A DNA stretch of 64,000 nucleotides from Alphaproteobacteria bacterium (GCA_015062305.1 SUUX01000005.1:21741-85740), one strand, 5' to 3'. Shown: positions 36,332 to 46,673, counted from the first letter of the stretch. Numbers and translations: made by a program. The notes: a model not told the origin generated them from the sequence alone.

Positions 36332-37546
36332 TTATGATTTTTTTTGTAAAACAGAAACAAAAAAACCATCTGTGTTTGTTTGGTAGGGAGACATTCTGAG
36401 CATGAATTTGTTGGAAGATGGATATGGAGTTGAAATATGTTTTTTCCATATTTGAGAAATATCTGCTAAGCTAAATTCTGGGTGAACAGATAGGAAATGA
36501 TTTATGATATGCTCATTTTCGGCATCGAGGATAGAGCAAGTTATGTAAATTATACGTCCATTTGTTTTGGTTTTTGTAGTTGCCAGTTCTAGCAGATTTT
36601 TTTGAGTTGTATTAAGGTGTTTGATTTGTGTTGTGTTGAGACGGAATTTGGCATCTGGAGAACGTCTCCATGTTCCGGTGCCGGAGCAGGGTGCGTCTAT
36701 AATAAAGCGATCAAAATCTTTATCAGAATCGGCAATGATGTCTGTTAACTCTATGTTTTTGACATTTAGGCGTGCAATGCGTGGCTTGATCGCATCTAGG
36801 CGTTTGGCATTTATGTCGTGAGCCAATATAGTTCCTTGGTTGTTTAGAATGTGAGAAAGGGCAAGGCTCTTGCCTCCGGCGCCACAGCAATAGTCTATAA
36901 TTTTGTGTTGTGGATGGGCATCACATAAAATGGCAGCAATTTGAGAGGCTTCATCTTGGACTTCCAGTTTTCCTTCTTGAAAAGCAATGCAGTTATTTAT
37001 ATTGATTCTTTCTTTTATTCTGATGCCATAAGGAGAATATGGGGTGGGAGAAGCTTCGATTCCTTCGGCTTTTAATTGTTGTATAATATCTGTGGTTGTC
37101 GAATTATGAACCCTAAAATCAGCGCAAGCCGGTTGATTGAGGCTTTTGAAAAATTCGATGTTAGGGTTTTGTGCGAATATCCATTGTGGACATTCTGCTT
37201 CTATATAATCAGGATAGGGATTGGTGTTTTCGGTAGAAAGCCATTTTTTTTCGGCTTCTGTTAAGGGTGAAATTCCGTATTGAGAACCATCAAACAGGGC
37301 GTGGATGTGTGCTTTGTTATGCCATAGAAGAATTTTACGAGCATCTGTGCTGTTGGTGTCAAACTCTAGTTTGTGTCGATTGCGAATGATGTTCCAGACT
37401 TCTTCTGATATAAAGCGACGGTCTTTGGAACCAATAAATTTGTGTGAACGCATATATTCGTTGATGATGTTGTCGGCAGGTCTTTTGTCTTGAAATATTT
37501 CAGAAAGCAAATCTAAAACGGCTTGATAACGAGCACCAGTTTGCAT
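36332..37546 (-). CDS. RsmB/NOP class I SAM-dependent RNA m5C methyltransferase
   Basis: EVQDEASQ, DYCCGAGGKS, DAPCSGTGTWRR, YITCS, TDGFF. Confidence 0.92.
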   Translation of the reverse strand: MQTGARYQAVLDLLSEIFQDKRPADNIINEYMRSHKFIGSKDRRFISEEVWNIIRNRHKLEFDTNSTDARKILLWHNKAHIHALFDGSQYGISPLTEAEKKWLSTENTNPYPDYIEAECPQWIFAQNPNIEFFKSLNQPACADFRVHNSTTTDIIQQLKAEGIEASPTPYSPYGIRIKERININNCIAFQEGKLEVQDEASQIAAILCDAHPQHKIIDYCCGAGGKSLALSHILNNQGTILAHDINAKRLDAIKPRIARLNVKNIELTDIIADSDKDFDRFIIDAPCSGTGTWRRSPDAKFRLNTTQIKHLNTTQKNLLELATTKTKTNGRIIYITCSILDAENEHIINHFLSVHPEFSLADISQIWKKHISTPYPSSNKFMLRMSPYQTNTDGFFVSVLQKKS

Positions 37547-38244
37547 TATTGTATTCCTTTTTTGTAGCCTTGTGCAACAAGATAAGTCTCAGGTGATGAA
37601 GATCTGCTGGCATCTGGTTTGAAGTGGGTAACTTTGGTAAAATGTTTTTTGGCATCATTAAGAAGAGATGCTTCGGCACCTCCTTGAAAAACTTTAGCTA
37701 TAAATATGCCTCCTTCTGCTAAAACTTCTTTGGCAAATTCATAAGCTGCTTCGACCAAACCAATGGTGCGAAGATGGTCTGTTTGTTGGTGGCCGGTGGT
37801 ATTGGCAGCCATGTCACTCATAACAATGTCTGCTTCTCCGTTGAGGAGTTTTTTTAGGTTGTCGGGAGCGACGGGTAGAGTGAAGTCAAGGCAAATCAAG
37901 CTGGCTCCTTCTATGGGGGCTGTTTCTAAAATATCAATTCCAACTACTTGACCACTACCTTTGTTGCGTTGGACTGCAACTTGTGTCCATCCTCCGGGAG
38001 CACAACCAAGGTCGACAATAGTTTTTCCTTTGCCTAAAAATTTGTATTTTTCATCTAGCTGGATTAGTTTGAATGCGGCACGAGAACGATAACCTAAACG
38101 CTTGGATTCTGCAACGTAGGGGTCATTTAGTTGACGTTCTAACCATTGATTAGATGATTTTTTGCGATATTTTGATGTTTTTACTCTGACAGCCAGTTGA
38201 TGGCGTCCGGTAATTTTTTGAGCTGATTTGGTTAGTTTTTTCAT
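37546..38244 (-). CDS. rlmE: 23S rRNA Um2552 methyltransferase
   Basis: YRSRAAFKL, DLGCAPGGW, SDMAANTTG, KPDASR..SPETY. Confidence 0.95.
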   Translation of the reverse strand: MKKLTKSAQKITGRHQLAVRVKTSKYRKKSSNQWLERQLNDPYVAESKRLGYRSRAAFKLIQLDEKYKFLGKGKTIVDLGCAPGGWTQVAVQRNKGSGQVVGIDILETAPIEGASLICLDFTLPVAPDNLKKLLNGEADIVMSDMAANTTGHQQTDHLRTIGLVEAAYEFAKEVLAEGGIFIAKVFQGGAEASLLNDAKKHFTKVTHFKPDASRSSSPETYLVAQGYKKGIQ

Positions 38245-38249
38245 GGCTA

Positions 38250-39191
38250 TTATTTCTTGTCTTTTTCAATCAGTTCGGCAATTATGCCATCTTTGGCACT
38301 TTTAAGGGAAGCGGTTATATTGTCAACGTCTAATTTTTCGTATATAGTATGAAAAATTATGGCGGCTGCAATAAAAATGTATGATCTTTTGTCTCCGATG
38401 TAGGGATTGTCAGCCATTTCTGCACGACTAGAGGATAAGACACTGTTTATAGCTTTATCCAGATCTTGGCGACTCATTTTTATGCCATCGGCGCGATCTC
38501 TGTCGTATAAACCGAAGTCTTCTATCATGGAAGCTAAGCGCAGAGGAGTGCTGGAGGTAGCGACAAAGCAGACATCATTTTTGTATGTTTCTAAATATGA
38601 TTTTTTTACAAAGCTTTCGGTTCTGGCTCCGATATCTTGCCGGAGGCGTTCGGCATTTTCTTCGTTGTATTCTACCAAATTGAAGGCTTCTGACGCGTTG
38701 CGAGCTCCCCAGGGAATGGAGATCGTATGTAGTATGTGTGGATTTTCGGTGTTTGTGGCTAGCGTTATTTCGGTGGAACCTCCGCCAAGGTCGTATAATA
38801 CAACATATTTGCTTTTGCCACAAACATGACTTAGGGCTCCCTTGAGGTTGAGACGAGCTTCTTCGTATCCGTCAATAACTTCTATTTGAATATGAGATTC
38901 ATTCCATATTTTTTTGATAAACTCATCACTATTAGCGGCCATGCGGCAAGAGGCTGTGGCAATTGCTCTGATGTTTTGTACGTTGTGTTTATCAATTAAT
39001 TGGCGGTATTCGTAAAAACATTTGAGGCCTCTTTCCATGGCTTGAGGTGTAAATACTCCAGATTTGTATAATCCTTCTCCTAATTTGGTGGCTACAGTTT
39101 TTTTACATATTTCTTCGCCATTTTGGTTGCAGATTAAGAGTCGACAAGAGTTAGTTCCAAGGTCTATGGCTGCATAATTTTTTTCTGTCAT
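38250..39191 (-). CDS. Ppx/GppA phosphatase family protein (divergent paralog)
   Basis: AAIDLGTNSCRL, LGEG, ATASCR, EEARL, DLGGGSTE. Confidence 0.88.
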   Translation of the reverse strand: MTEKNYAAIDLGTNSCRLLICNQNGEEICKKTVATKLGEGLYKSGVFTPQAMERGLKCFYEYRQLIDKHNVQNIRAIATASCRMAANSDEFIKKIWNESHIQIEVIDGYEEARLNLKGALSHVCGKSKYVVLYDLGGGSTEITLATNTENPHILHTISIPWGARNASEAFNLVEYNEENAERLRQDIGARTESFVKKSYLETYKNDVCFVATSSTPLRLASMIEDFGLYDRDRADGIKMSRQDLDKAINSVLSSSRAEMADNPYIGDKRSYIFIAAAIIFHTIYEKLDVDNITASLKSAKDGIIAELIEKDKK

Positions 39192-40324
39192 TTGAGGCTC
39201 CTTGGGTTGGAGTGTTGAGATTGGGGGCGATGGTGTTTTCTGTTTCGAGAATAAGGATAACGATTTTTATATTTCTTTTTGTTATTGTCATTTTTACAGG
39301 AGTGCATCAAATCTAGCAATATGCCTTCTCTGATTCCTCTGTCGGCAACTGTTATTTCTGAAATGGGCCAGAATGACGTTAAGGCATCTATAATGGCACA
39401 TCCGGCCATGGTAAGATCTGCTTTGGATGAGCCTATGCATGGGTGTTTTTTACGACCTTCGTCGCCAATGCGTTTGATTTTAGCAATGGTTCTTTCAATA
39501 TCTTGTTTGCTCATTGCAATACCATCTACAGCAGAACGATTATAACGTGGTAGATTTAGATGCACGGCACCTAACACGGTTACGGTTCCAGAGGTTCCAA
39601 TAATTTGAATTTCTTGATTGGCAATGGCGTTCCTGATATGGTGTTTTTCTTCAAATTCAGCCAATATTTTGTGAGTTCGCTCAATGATAGTATCATAGGC
39701 TAATTCTGTCATATCGTGAGAAGGGAAGGCCTCGGAGATAGTGACAACTCCATAAGGTAGAGAGACAAAGCCTTCTATAAAGGTGTTACCTTTGTTGGTG
39801 GTGCGAGCTAATGATATTTCTGTAGAGCCTCCTCCAATATCAAAAACCAGGGCTTGCTTGATGTTGCGTGCCAAAAGTGGAATGCATCCGACTACGGATA
39901 GGCGAGATTCTTCTTGTGGAGATATAATTTCAATATTAAGGCCGGTTTCTTTTTTTACTTGTTCTAAAAAGTGTTTGCAGTTGACAGCTCTTCTGCAGGC
40001 TGCGGTTGCTACAAAGCGAGAACGATATATAGGGGAATATTCTGCCAGCACACCAGAACAAATTTTGAGTGCTCCAATTGTGCGTTTGATGGCTTGTTTT
40101 GACAGTTCATTATTGTTTATGATACCTTCTCCAAGGCGGGTTATTTTGGAGAAGGTTTCTACAATGCGAAAAGATGAAGGTGTCGGAGTGGCTATAACCA
40201 GTCGACAAGAATTTGTTCCCAAATCAATAGCGGCATAATTGGGAATAATGGTTTCGTTTTCTTTGGCTTTGACCGTTTGTTTGGGAAACGGTTGGTTTTG
40301 CCATTTTTGCATTGTTTTGTTCAA
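39188..40324 (-). CDS. Ppx/GppA phosphatase family protein
   Basis: AAIDLGTNSCRL, RLGEG, DIGGGSTE, GTSGT, ADRGIREG. Confidence 0.92.
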   Translation of the reverse strand: MNKTMQKWQNQPFPKQTVKAKENETIIPNYAAIDLGTNSCRLVIATPTPSSFRIVETFSKITRLGEGIINNNELSKQAIKRTIGALKICSGVLAEYSPIYRSRFVATAACRRAVNCKHFLEQVKKETGLNIEIISPQEESRLSVVGCIPLLARNIKQALVFDIGGGSTEISLARTTNKGNTFIEGFVSLPYGVVTISEAFPSHDMTELAYDTIIERTHKILAEFEEKHHIRNAIANQEIQIIGTSGTVTVLGAVHLNLPRYNRSAVDGIAMSKQDIERTIAKIKRIGDEGRKKHPCIGSSKADLTMAGCAIIDALTSFWPISEITVADRGIREGILLDLMHSCKNDNNKKKYKNRYPYSRNRKHHRPQSQHSNPRSLK

Positions 40325-40403
40325 TCACTCTAATTGTTATCTAAACCTACTAAGGTTATAACCCAGAAATAGTTTGTGTACAATATTTTTTTGCATCCAC
40401 AAT

Positions 40404-40437
40404 AAAAAAAACCGGAGGTTTGCTCCGGTTTTTTTTT
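40404..40437 (-). terminator. Intrinsic terminator of pta-ackA
   Basis: aaaaaaaaccggag/ctccggtttttttt. Confidence 0.8.
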
Positions 40438-40449
40438 GATTATGACGAT

Positions 40450-41634
40450 TTATTGGCTAAGACGAACGGTGTCTTTGGCAATCATAAGCTCTTCATCTGT
40501 TGGAATAACAAATGATTTTACGTTAGAATCCGGAGTTGTGATTTCTATTGCAGAACCACGTTTATTGTTGTTTTCTTCATTTACTTTGATACCAAGGTAA
40601 GAAAGTTTGTCCAAGACCATTTTGCGAATTATTGGAGAATTTTCTCCGATACCTGCGGTGAAAACAATGGCGTCTACTCCACCAAGTGCGGCGATATAGC
40701 TACCAATAAATTTAACAATTGTATAGGCGTAGGTTTGTAAAGCTTCTACAGCTTTGGAGTCTCCATCCAGATATTTTGCTTCTACATCGCGCATATCGCT
40801 AAATCCGGATAGCCCCAGCATACCACTTTGTTTGTTTAGAAGTGTGTTTACTTCATCTACAGACTTGCTTTGAGTTTTCATAATGTGGAGAGGAATATAT
40901 GGGTCTATATCTCCACAGCGAGTTCCCATAATTACACCAGCTAAAGGAGTAAACCCCATAGATGTATCTTTGCAACAGCCATTTTCTACAGCAGAAATGG
41001 ATGCCCCATTGCCAAGGTGACAAGTAATGATTTTGCCGGCTTTGCCAATGAGTTTTGCACATTCGTTAGCAACGTATTGGTGAGATGTGCCGTGCATTCC
41101 GTAACGACGAATTTTGTGTTGAGTATATTGCTCCAAAGGTAATCCATAAAGGAAAGCTTCTTTGGGCATTGTTTGATGAAATGCTGTATCAAAAGTAGCC
41201 ACTTGCGGAACATTAGGTAGAGCTTTTTGAACAGCACGTAAACCTAAAACAGCGGCAGGGTTATGCAGAGGAGCGAGAGCAGAAAGCTCTTCTATTGCTT
41301 TGATAACATCTTCGGTTACCAGGGTTGATGTTTTGAATTTTTCGCCACCATGAACAACTCTATGGCCAACAGCGCTGATTTCATCTAGGTTGCTGATTGC
41401 GCCATCAAGTAAAAGATTGAAAACTTCATTGAGGGCTTCATTGTGAGAAGGAAGAGGATTGTTGATGGTTTTTTTGTCTCCATTTGCATATTTGATGCTA
41501 ACCATAGAGCCATCGATACCAATACGTTCTGCTAAACCTTTGGCAATGACATCATACTGATTTCCTTCAACGTTAAATAATTGATATTTTAGAGATGAAG
41601 ATCCTGAATTTAGTACTAAAATTTTCATAATCAT
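40450..41634 (-). CDS. ackA: Acetate kinase
   Basis: VLNSGSSSLK, GHRVVHGG, APLHNP, FDTAFH, HLGNGAS, FTAGIGEN, PTDEE. Confidence 0.97.
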   Translation of the reverse strand: MIMKILVLNSGSSSLKYQLFNVEGNQYDVIAKGLAERIGIDGSMVSIKYANGDKKTINNPLPSHNEALNEVFNLLLDGAISNLDEISAVGHRVVHGGEKFKTSTLVTEDVIKAIEELSALAPLHNPAAVLGLRAVQKALPNVPQVATFDTAFHQTMPKEAFLYGLPLEQYTQHKIRRYGMHGTSHQYVANECAKLIGKAGKIITCHLGNGASISAVENGCCKDTSMGFTPLAGVIMGTRCGDIDPYIPLHIMKTQSKSVDEVNTLLNKQSGMLGLSGFSDMRDVEAKYLDGDSKAVEALQTYAYTIVKFIGSYIAALGGVDAIVFTAGIGENSPIIRKMVLDKLSYLGIKVNEENNNKRGSAIEITTPDSNVKSFVIPTDEELMIAKDTVRLSQ

Positions 41635-41646
41635 TTTCCTTATAAA

Positions 41647-42654
41647 TTATTTTTGAGATTGTAGAGCTGTGATGGCAATAACACCGACAATGTCTTCGGC
41701 AAAACAGCCACGAGAAAGGTCATTAACAGGAGCGTTTAGGCCTTGTAACAGCGGGCCATACATTTCTGCCCCACCAAGGCGTTGGAGCAGTTTGTATCCG
41801 ATGTTGCCGGCTTCTATATTTGGGAATATTAGCACATTTGCGTTTCCGGCCACTTTGGAATCTGGTGCCTTTTTGGCGGCAACGACAGAATCGAGAGCAG
41901 CATCAGCTTGAAGCTCTCCGTCCAAAGAAATTGCTTTGTCGGCATATTCAGGAGCACTTAGAGCGGCTTTGGCTATAGATGTTGCCTCTTTAACCTTATC
42001 TACAGCCTCTCCTTTGCCAGAGCCATAGGTGGAATATGATAACATGGCAATGCGAGGTTCATCACCAAACCGGATAACACTTTCTGCAGAACTTAGCGCT
42101 ATGTCTGCAAGTTCTTTGGCATTGGGGTTGATGTTTATGGCGCAGTCAGATAGGTAGTAGAGTTTTCCTTCTTGAGAGCGCATGATGAATAGGGCAGACA
42201 CACCCCGATCTTTGTGTGCTGATTTGATAATTTGCAAGGCAGGACGGACGGTGTCGGCAGTGGAGTGGTTGGCGCCTGATACCATTCCATCGGCATCACC
42301 AGATTTTATCATGAGCGTACCAAAGTAGTTAGGGTTAAGGGCTAATTTGGCTGCATCTTCTTCGGTCAGACCTTTCTCTTTACGCAAATTGTAGAGGAGG
42401 TTGGTATATTCTGCCAATTTGGGAGAATGAGCCGGATTGATAATCTCTATTCCGTTTAGATCCCAAGATTTAGATGCAAAGTATTGTTTTATTTCATCTT
42501 CATTACCCAAAATGATGATTTTGGCAATGTTTTGAATGGCGGCTTCGTGTGCGGCGATTAGTACACGCTCGTCTTCGCCTTCGGGTAGGACAATGGTTTT
42601 GCCAAGTTTTTGAGCTTTGGCGATTAATGATTGAATATATGGGCTTATTTTCAT
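41647..42654 (-). CDS. pta: Phosphate acetyltransferase
   Basis: IVLPEGEDER, HSTADTVRPALQ, DCAININP, DGELQADAA, NDLSRGC. Confidence 0.96.
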   Translation of the reverse strand: MKISPYIQSLIAKAQKLGKTIVLPEGEDERVLIAAHEAAIQNIAKIIILGNEDEIKQYFASKSWDLNGIEIINPAHSPKLAEYTNLLYNLRKEKGLTEEDAAKLALNPNYFGTLMIKSGDADGMVSGANHSTADTVRPALQIIKSAHKDRGVSALFIMRSQEGKLYYLSDCAININPNAKELADIALSSAESVIRFGDEPRIAMLSYSTYGSGKGEAVDKVKEATSIAKAALSAPEYADKAISLDGELQADAALDSVVAAKKAPDSKVAGNANVLIFPNIEAGNIGYKLLQRLGGAEMYGPLLQGLNAPVNDLSRGCFAEDIVGVIAITALQSQK

Positions 42655-42796
42655 TCGCTTAATCCTTATCTGTTATATGTTTTTTCAATATCTTTACACT
42701 CCTTATCTTCAAAAGTCAAAATATCTTTTGATTATTTGCAGAAAGTATTATATCTTGTTTATGATTTGAATATTTATGTGAAATGGAGTGCCCACT

Positions 42797-43213
42797 ATGG
42801 AAAGAACGTTATCTATAATTAAACCAGATGCTGTTAGTCGTAATATAACAGGAAAAGTCAATGCTATGATAGAAAATGAAGGCTTGAAAATAGTGGCACA
42901 AAAAATGATTTGTCTGACAACAAAGCAGGCTGAGGAATTTTATGCAGAGCACAAAGGTAAGCCTTTTTTTGAGAATTTGGTTGGATTTATGACTTCTGCT
43001 CCGGTGGTTGTACAAGTTTTACAAGGAGAAAATGCGGTTGCTAATTATCGAAAGATTATGGGAGCAACTAATCCGGCTGTTGCTGAAGAGGGTACGATCA
43101 GAAAGACGTTTGCTTTGTCTATAGATAAGAACACAGTTCATGGTTCTGATTCTGTTGATAGTGCCAAGAGAGAAATTGGTTTCTTTTTTAGTGAATTAGA
43201 TATTTGCGAATAG
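42797..43213 (+). CDS. ndk: Nucleoside-diphosphate kinase
   Basis: [31 protein letters not shown]. Confidence 0.96.
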   Translation: MERTLSIIKPDAVSRNITGKVNAMIENEGLKIVAQKMICLTTKQAEEFYAEHKGKPFFENLVGFMTSAPVVVQVLQGENAVANYRKIMGATNPAVAEEGTIRKTFALSIDKNTVHGSDSVDSAKREIGFFFSELDICE

Positions 43214-43223
43214 GAGTTGTTAG

Positions 43224-44270
43224 GTGTTTAGGTGTGGACTTTTGCTTTTGTTAGCAATGCTGTTGTGGAATGGCCAGGCTTTTGCAGATGAACGCTATGC
43301 AGTAGAAGTTAGTGTAGATGTAACGGATAGTAGTGCAGCGGTGGCACAACAAAGAGCTATGAACGAGGCTTATCGTGCGGCAGTAGTTACAGTTGCCAGA
43401 AAAGTGACAACTCCGGAAGGCGCTGCAAAAATTGCCGCAATGACAAATGAACAGTTGGTGAATTTTATTAAAGAAGTTTCGGTTATTGAAGAAAAGCGTT
43501 CGGCAGTGAGATATATGGCAAAACTAAAGGTGGTTTTGAATGAAGAGATGCTCCGAGAATATATGAAAGAAAGAGATATTCCGGTAATGAAAAATATGTC
43601 TCACAAGGTTTTGGTTGTGCCGGTATTTAGAGAATTTAGCTCGGATGCTCCAATGTTGTGGGAAAGCGCAAATTTGTGGCGTCAAGCATGGGACAAAGTT
43701 GGTGTTGCAGGAATGATAAAAATTGTGCCTTTATCTTCCAGTGGTTTTAATTATGCCGTGATAGATGGTAATAAGGCTTTGGCTATGGATGGTGAAGCCT
43801 TGGATAAATTGATGCGTTTGAATGGGGCAGATGATGTTTATGTGCTAGATGCTATCTATGACGGAATCGAGGGATTGACTGTAAAAGCAACGTCTTATAG
43901 TGGAGATAGAAAAACAATAAAAGTATCTGGCCCCAGAAGTTCGGGAATGGAGTTGTTTGATAAGGCTGTTGCCGAGGTGAAGACCGAACTGGAAAACAGA
44001 ATCGCAAAACAAAGTGTTGCTGAAGCATCTATGGAAGATGTGATTGTTGTGTTATATAACTTTGCACAATTGTCCGATTGGGTAATGACGGAAAATACTT
44101 TGAAAGAAATACCTATAGTGAATAACTTGGAGGTTCAGGCATTGGGTGCCGGCAAGGCTCAGTTTAAATTGGTGTTCAATGGTTCTATGGAAAAACTGAT
44201 ACAGTTGTTGTCTGAAAAGTCTTATCGGTTGGTTGAACATGGAAGTTATTATAGTTTAGAACGCTATTAG
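43224..44270 (+). CDS. DUF2066-like exported protein
   Basis: Signal peptide, V.VDVT..SA..AQQRAM, Y.A.L.V, LWE..N.WRQAW; usual neighbour of the AI-2E gene in alphaproteobacteria. Confidence 0.75.
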   Translation: MFRCGLLLLLAMLLWNGQAFADERYAVEVSVDVTDSSAAVAQQRAMNEAYRAAVVTVARKVTTPEGAAKIAAMTNEQLVNFIKEVSVIEEKRSAVRYMAKLKVVLNEEMLREYMKERDIPVMKNMSHKVLVVPVFREFSSDAPMLWESANLWRQAWDKVGVAGMIKIVPLSSSGFNYAVIDGNKALAMDGEALDKLMRLNGADDVYVLDAIYDGIEGLTVKATSYSGDRKTIKVSGPRSSGMELFDKAVAEVKTELENRIAKQSVAEASMEDVIVVLYNFAQLSDWVMTENTLKEIPIVNNLEVQALGAGKAQFKLVFNGSMEKLIQLLSEKSYRLVEHGSYYSLERY

Positions 44271-44283
44271 GGAGTAAAAATTT

Positions 44284-45342
44284 ATGGTTGTTACAAAAAA
44301 GAATCGGAATGTAATGATCTGGTTGATAATTTTGTTACTTTTTGGAGCAGCTGTTTATGTGTTGCGCTCAGTGTTAATGCCATTTGTGGCCGGAATAATA
44401 ATCGGTTATTTATTAGATCCGTGGGCAAGCAAGTTTGAAAAGTTGGGGATGAATCGAACATGGGCTACAATTTTGACAATGTTTTTGTTGGTTTTGGTTT
44501 TGGTACCGACGCTGGTGGCTTTGTTTGGGGTGATAGATAATCAATTGGGACATTTTTTGAGTGTGTTGCCGGAATATATGTCTGCCTTGATAAAAAAAAT
44601 TGAACCTTTAATTGTTAGTTTGCAAGAGAGATTCCCTGCTATGGAAGCAGACAAAATCAGAGAAGCTATCAGAGGTAATATGGGGAATGCTTTGCGAATG
44701 GCCGGAAATTTGTTGCGAAAGCTGGTTAGTGGCGGTTTTGCTCTGATGAATATTTTATCTTTGATATTGATTACACCTGTTGTGGCTTTTTATATGCTCA
44801 GAGATTGGAAACCTTTTGTGAAGAAGGTTGATGATTTATTGCCTAAGCATTCAAAGAAAAATATTGAAAAACAGGCTAAGGAAATTGATGGAATTTTGTC
44901 TTCTTTTATTAGAGGTCAATTATCTGTTTGCGTGTTACTTGGCACGTTTTATGCTGTGGGGCTTTATTTGGTGGGATTAGATTTGGGAGTGTTGGTAGGT
45001 TTTATTGCAGGTATAATCTCTTTTATTCCATATGTTGGCTCTATTTTTGGTTTTGTAGTTAGTTTGGGAATAGCTTTTGCTCAGTTTGATAGCTTAATGC
45101 CTATAGCTCAAGTTGTTGGAGTGTTTATGATTGGGCAATTTATTGAAGGAAATTTCTTGACGCCAAATTTAGTTGGTGATTCTGTAGGATTGCATCCGGT
45201 TTGGATAATGTTTGCGTTGCTGGCTGGTGGTGTTCTTTTGGGATTTTTGGGGCTAATGGTGGCCGTGCCGGTTGCTGCAATAATCGGCGTTATTGTTAGA
45301 CATGCTATTGATAATTATAAAGAAAGTTCACTATACAAATAA
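44284..45342 (+). CDS. AI-2E/PerM family transporter
   Basis: PVVAFYMLRDW, FIRGQ, FIPYVG, EGNFLTPNLVGDSVGLHP. Confidence 0.93.
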   Translation: MVVTKKNRNVMIWLIILLLFGAAVYVLRSVLMPFVAGIIIGYLLDPWASKFEKLGMNRTWATILTMFLLVLVLVPTLVALFGVIDNQLGHFLSVLPEYMSALIKKIEPLIVSLQERFPAMEADKIREAIRGNMGNALRMAGNLLRKLVSGGFALMNILSLILITPVVAFYMLRDWKPFVKKVDDLLPKHSKKNIEKQAKEIDGILSSFIRGQLSVCVLLGTFYAVGLYLVGLDLGVLVGFIAGIISFIPYVGSIFGFVVSLGIAFAQFDSLMPIAQVVGVFMIGQFIEGNFLTPNLVGDSVGLHPVWIMFALLAGGVLLGFLGLMVAVPVAAIIGVIVRHAIDNYKESSLYK

Positions 45343-45580
45343 AATCAGATAAATGGCATGTCTATTATATGTAATTGTTGTTTAACACCGTCTAAAATAA
45401 CTGCTATACCAAACTTTCAGGCAGACAGAGTTTGTATACCAACTAGCTAATTGCTTGTCTCCCTTCCCCTCCAATACCTTGAGTTTAAAAGATGTTTTTT
45501 GGTGGGTGTTTTAATACTTATTTAATTTTAAGAGATTATCATAACCTCGATTTTATGTATATGCGATTGCGAGGTTTGTT

Positions 45581-46657
45581 ATGTTGCAATATTTGTTTAA
45601 TGTTATTTCTGCTCCTGATTATTTGAATACAGTATATTCTCGCTGTTTTATGGCTTTTTTTGTGGCTTTGATTTTGAGCCTATCTTTTGGTGACAGGTTA
45701 ATTAAATTTTTGCGAGCTCATCAGAAAAAAGGACAGCCAATCAGAGATGATGGTCCTCAATCGCATTTGCTGACCAAAAAAGGAACGCCGACAATGGGAG
45801 GAATCTTGATTTTGGGAAGCTCTATTTTAGCTATGTTGCTGTGTGCTGATTTGACTAATCCTTTAATTTGGGTTTCTATTTTGGTTCTGGTTGTATATGG
45901 CGTTGTGGGAGCTATTGATGATTATACAAAAGTGAAAAAACAATCGGCAAATGCTATGACTGCAAGAATGAAATTGCTTTTGCAATTTTCTACGGCGTTG
46001 ATTGCAGTATTGGTTATATCTTTTGAAATGCCTGAGAAGGATAGATTTGTTTTGACACTGCCATATCTTTGGGACTGGTCTTTGAATTTGTGTTGGTTCT
46101 ATGTGCCTTTTGCAATGGTTGTGATTGCAGGAGCATCTAATGCAGTTAATTTGACAGATGGATTAGATGGTTTGGCTTCGGGTTTGATGGTGATTGCCTT
46201 GCCGGTGTTTATGGTTATAGCTTATATTTGTGGATCTGATTTGGTGAAAGATGTGTATATGATGCCAGTGCCTATGGCGGGAGAAATTGCGGTTAGCTGT
46301 GCGGCTGTGATTGGTGCATGTTTGGGCTTTTTATGGTTTAATGCTGCTCCGGCAAAGGTTTTTATGGGCGATACTGGTTCTTTGGCTTTGGGTGCTTATT
46401 TGGGAACAATATCTGTAATGCTAAAACATGAAATTTTGTTGGCAATTGTGGGGTTTGTATTTGTGGCAGAGGCTTTGTCGGTAATTATGCAAGTGTATTG
46501 GTTTAAGCATACCGGAGGAAAAAGAATATTTAAGATGGCTCCAATACATCATCATTTTGAACAATGTGGATGGCCTGAGACCAGAGTTGTTGTGCGATTT
46601 TGGTTGATAGGTATTGTGTTGGCGGTATTGGGTTTTTTAGCTATTCAATATAAGTAA
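45581..46657 (+). CDS. mraY: Phospho-MurNAc-pentapeptide transferase
   Basis: KKGTPTMGG, IDDY, NAVNLTDGLDGL, FMGDTGS, MAPIHHHFE all intact. Confidence 0.96.
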   Translation: MLQYLFNVISAPDYLNTVYSRCFMAFFVALILSLSFGDRLIKFLRAHQKKGQPIRDDGPQSHLLTKKGTPTMGGILILGSSILAMLLCADLTNPLIWVSILVLVVYGVVGAIDDYTKVKKQSANAMTARMKLLLQFSTALIAVLVISFEMPEKDRFVLTLPYLWDWSLNLCWFYVPFAMVVIAGASNAVNLTDGLDGLASGLMVIALPVFMVIAYICGSDLVKDVYMMPVPMAGEIAVSCAAVIGACLGFLWFNAAPAKVFMGDTGSLALGAYLGTISVMLKHEILLAIVGFVFVAEALSVIMQVYWFKHTGGKRIFKMAPIHHHFEQCGWPETRVVVRFWLIGIVLAVLGFLAIQYK

Positions 46658-46673
46658 AAAGAAGGGGAACGGA

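Noticed and set aside
45355-45370. Sigma-54 promoter upstream of mraY (TGGCATG-tcta-TTATA)
   Set aside because: Lacks the invariant -12 GC dinucleotide
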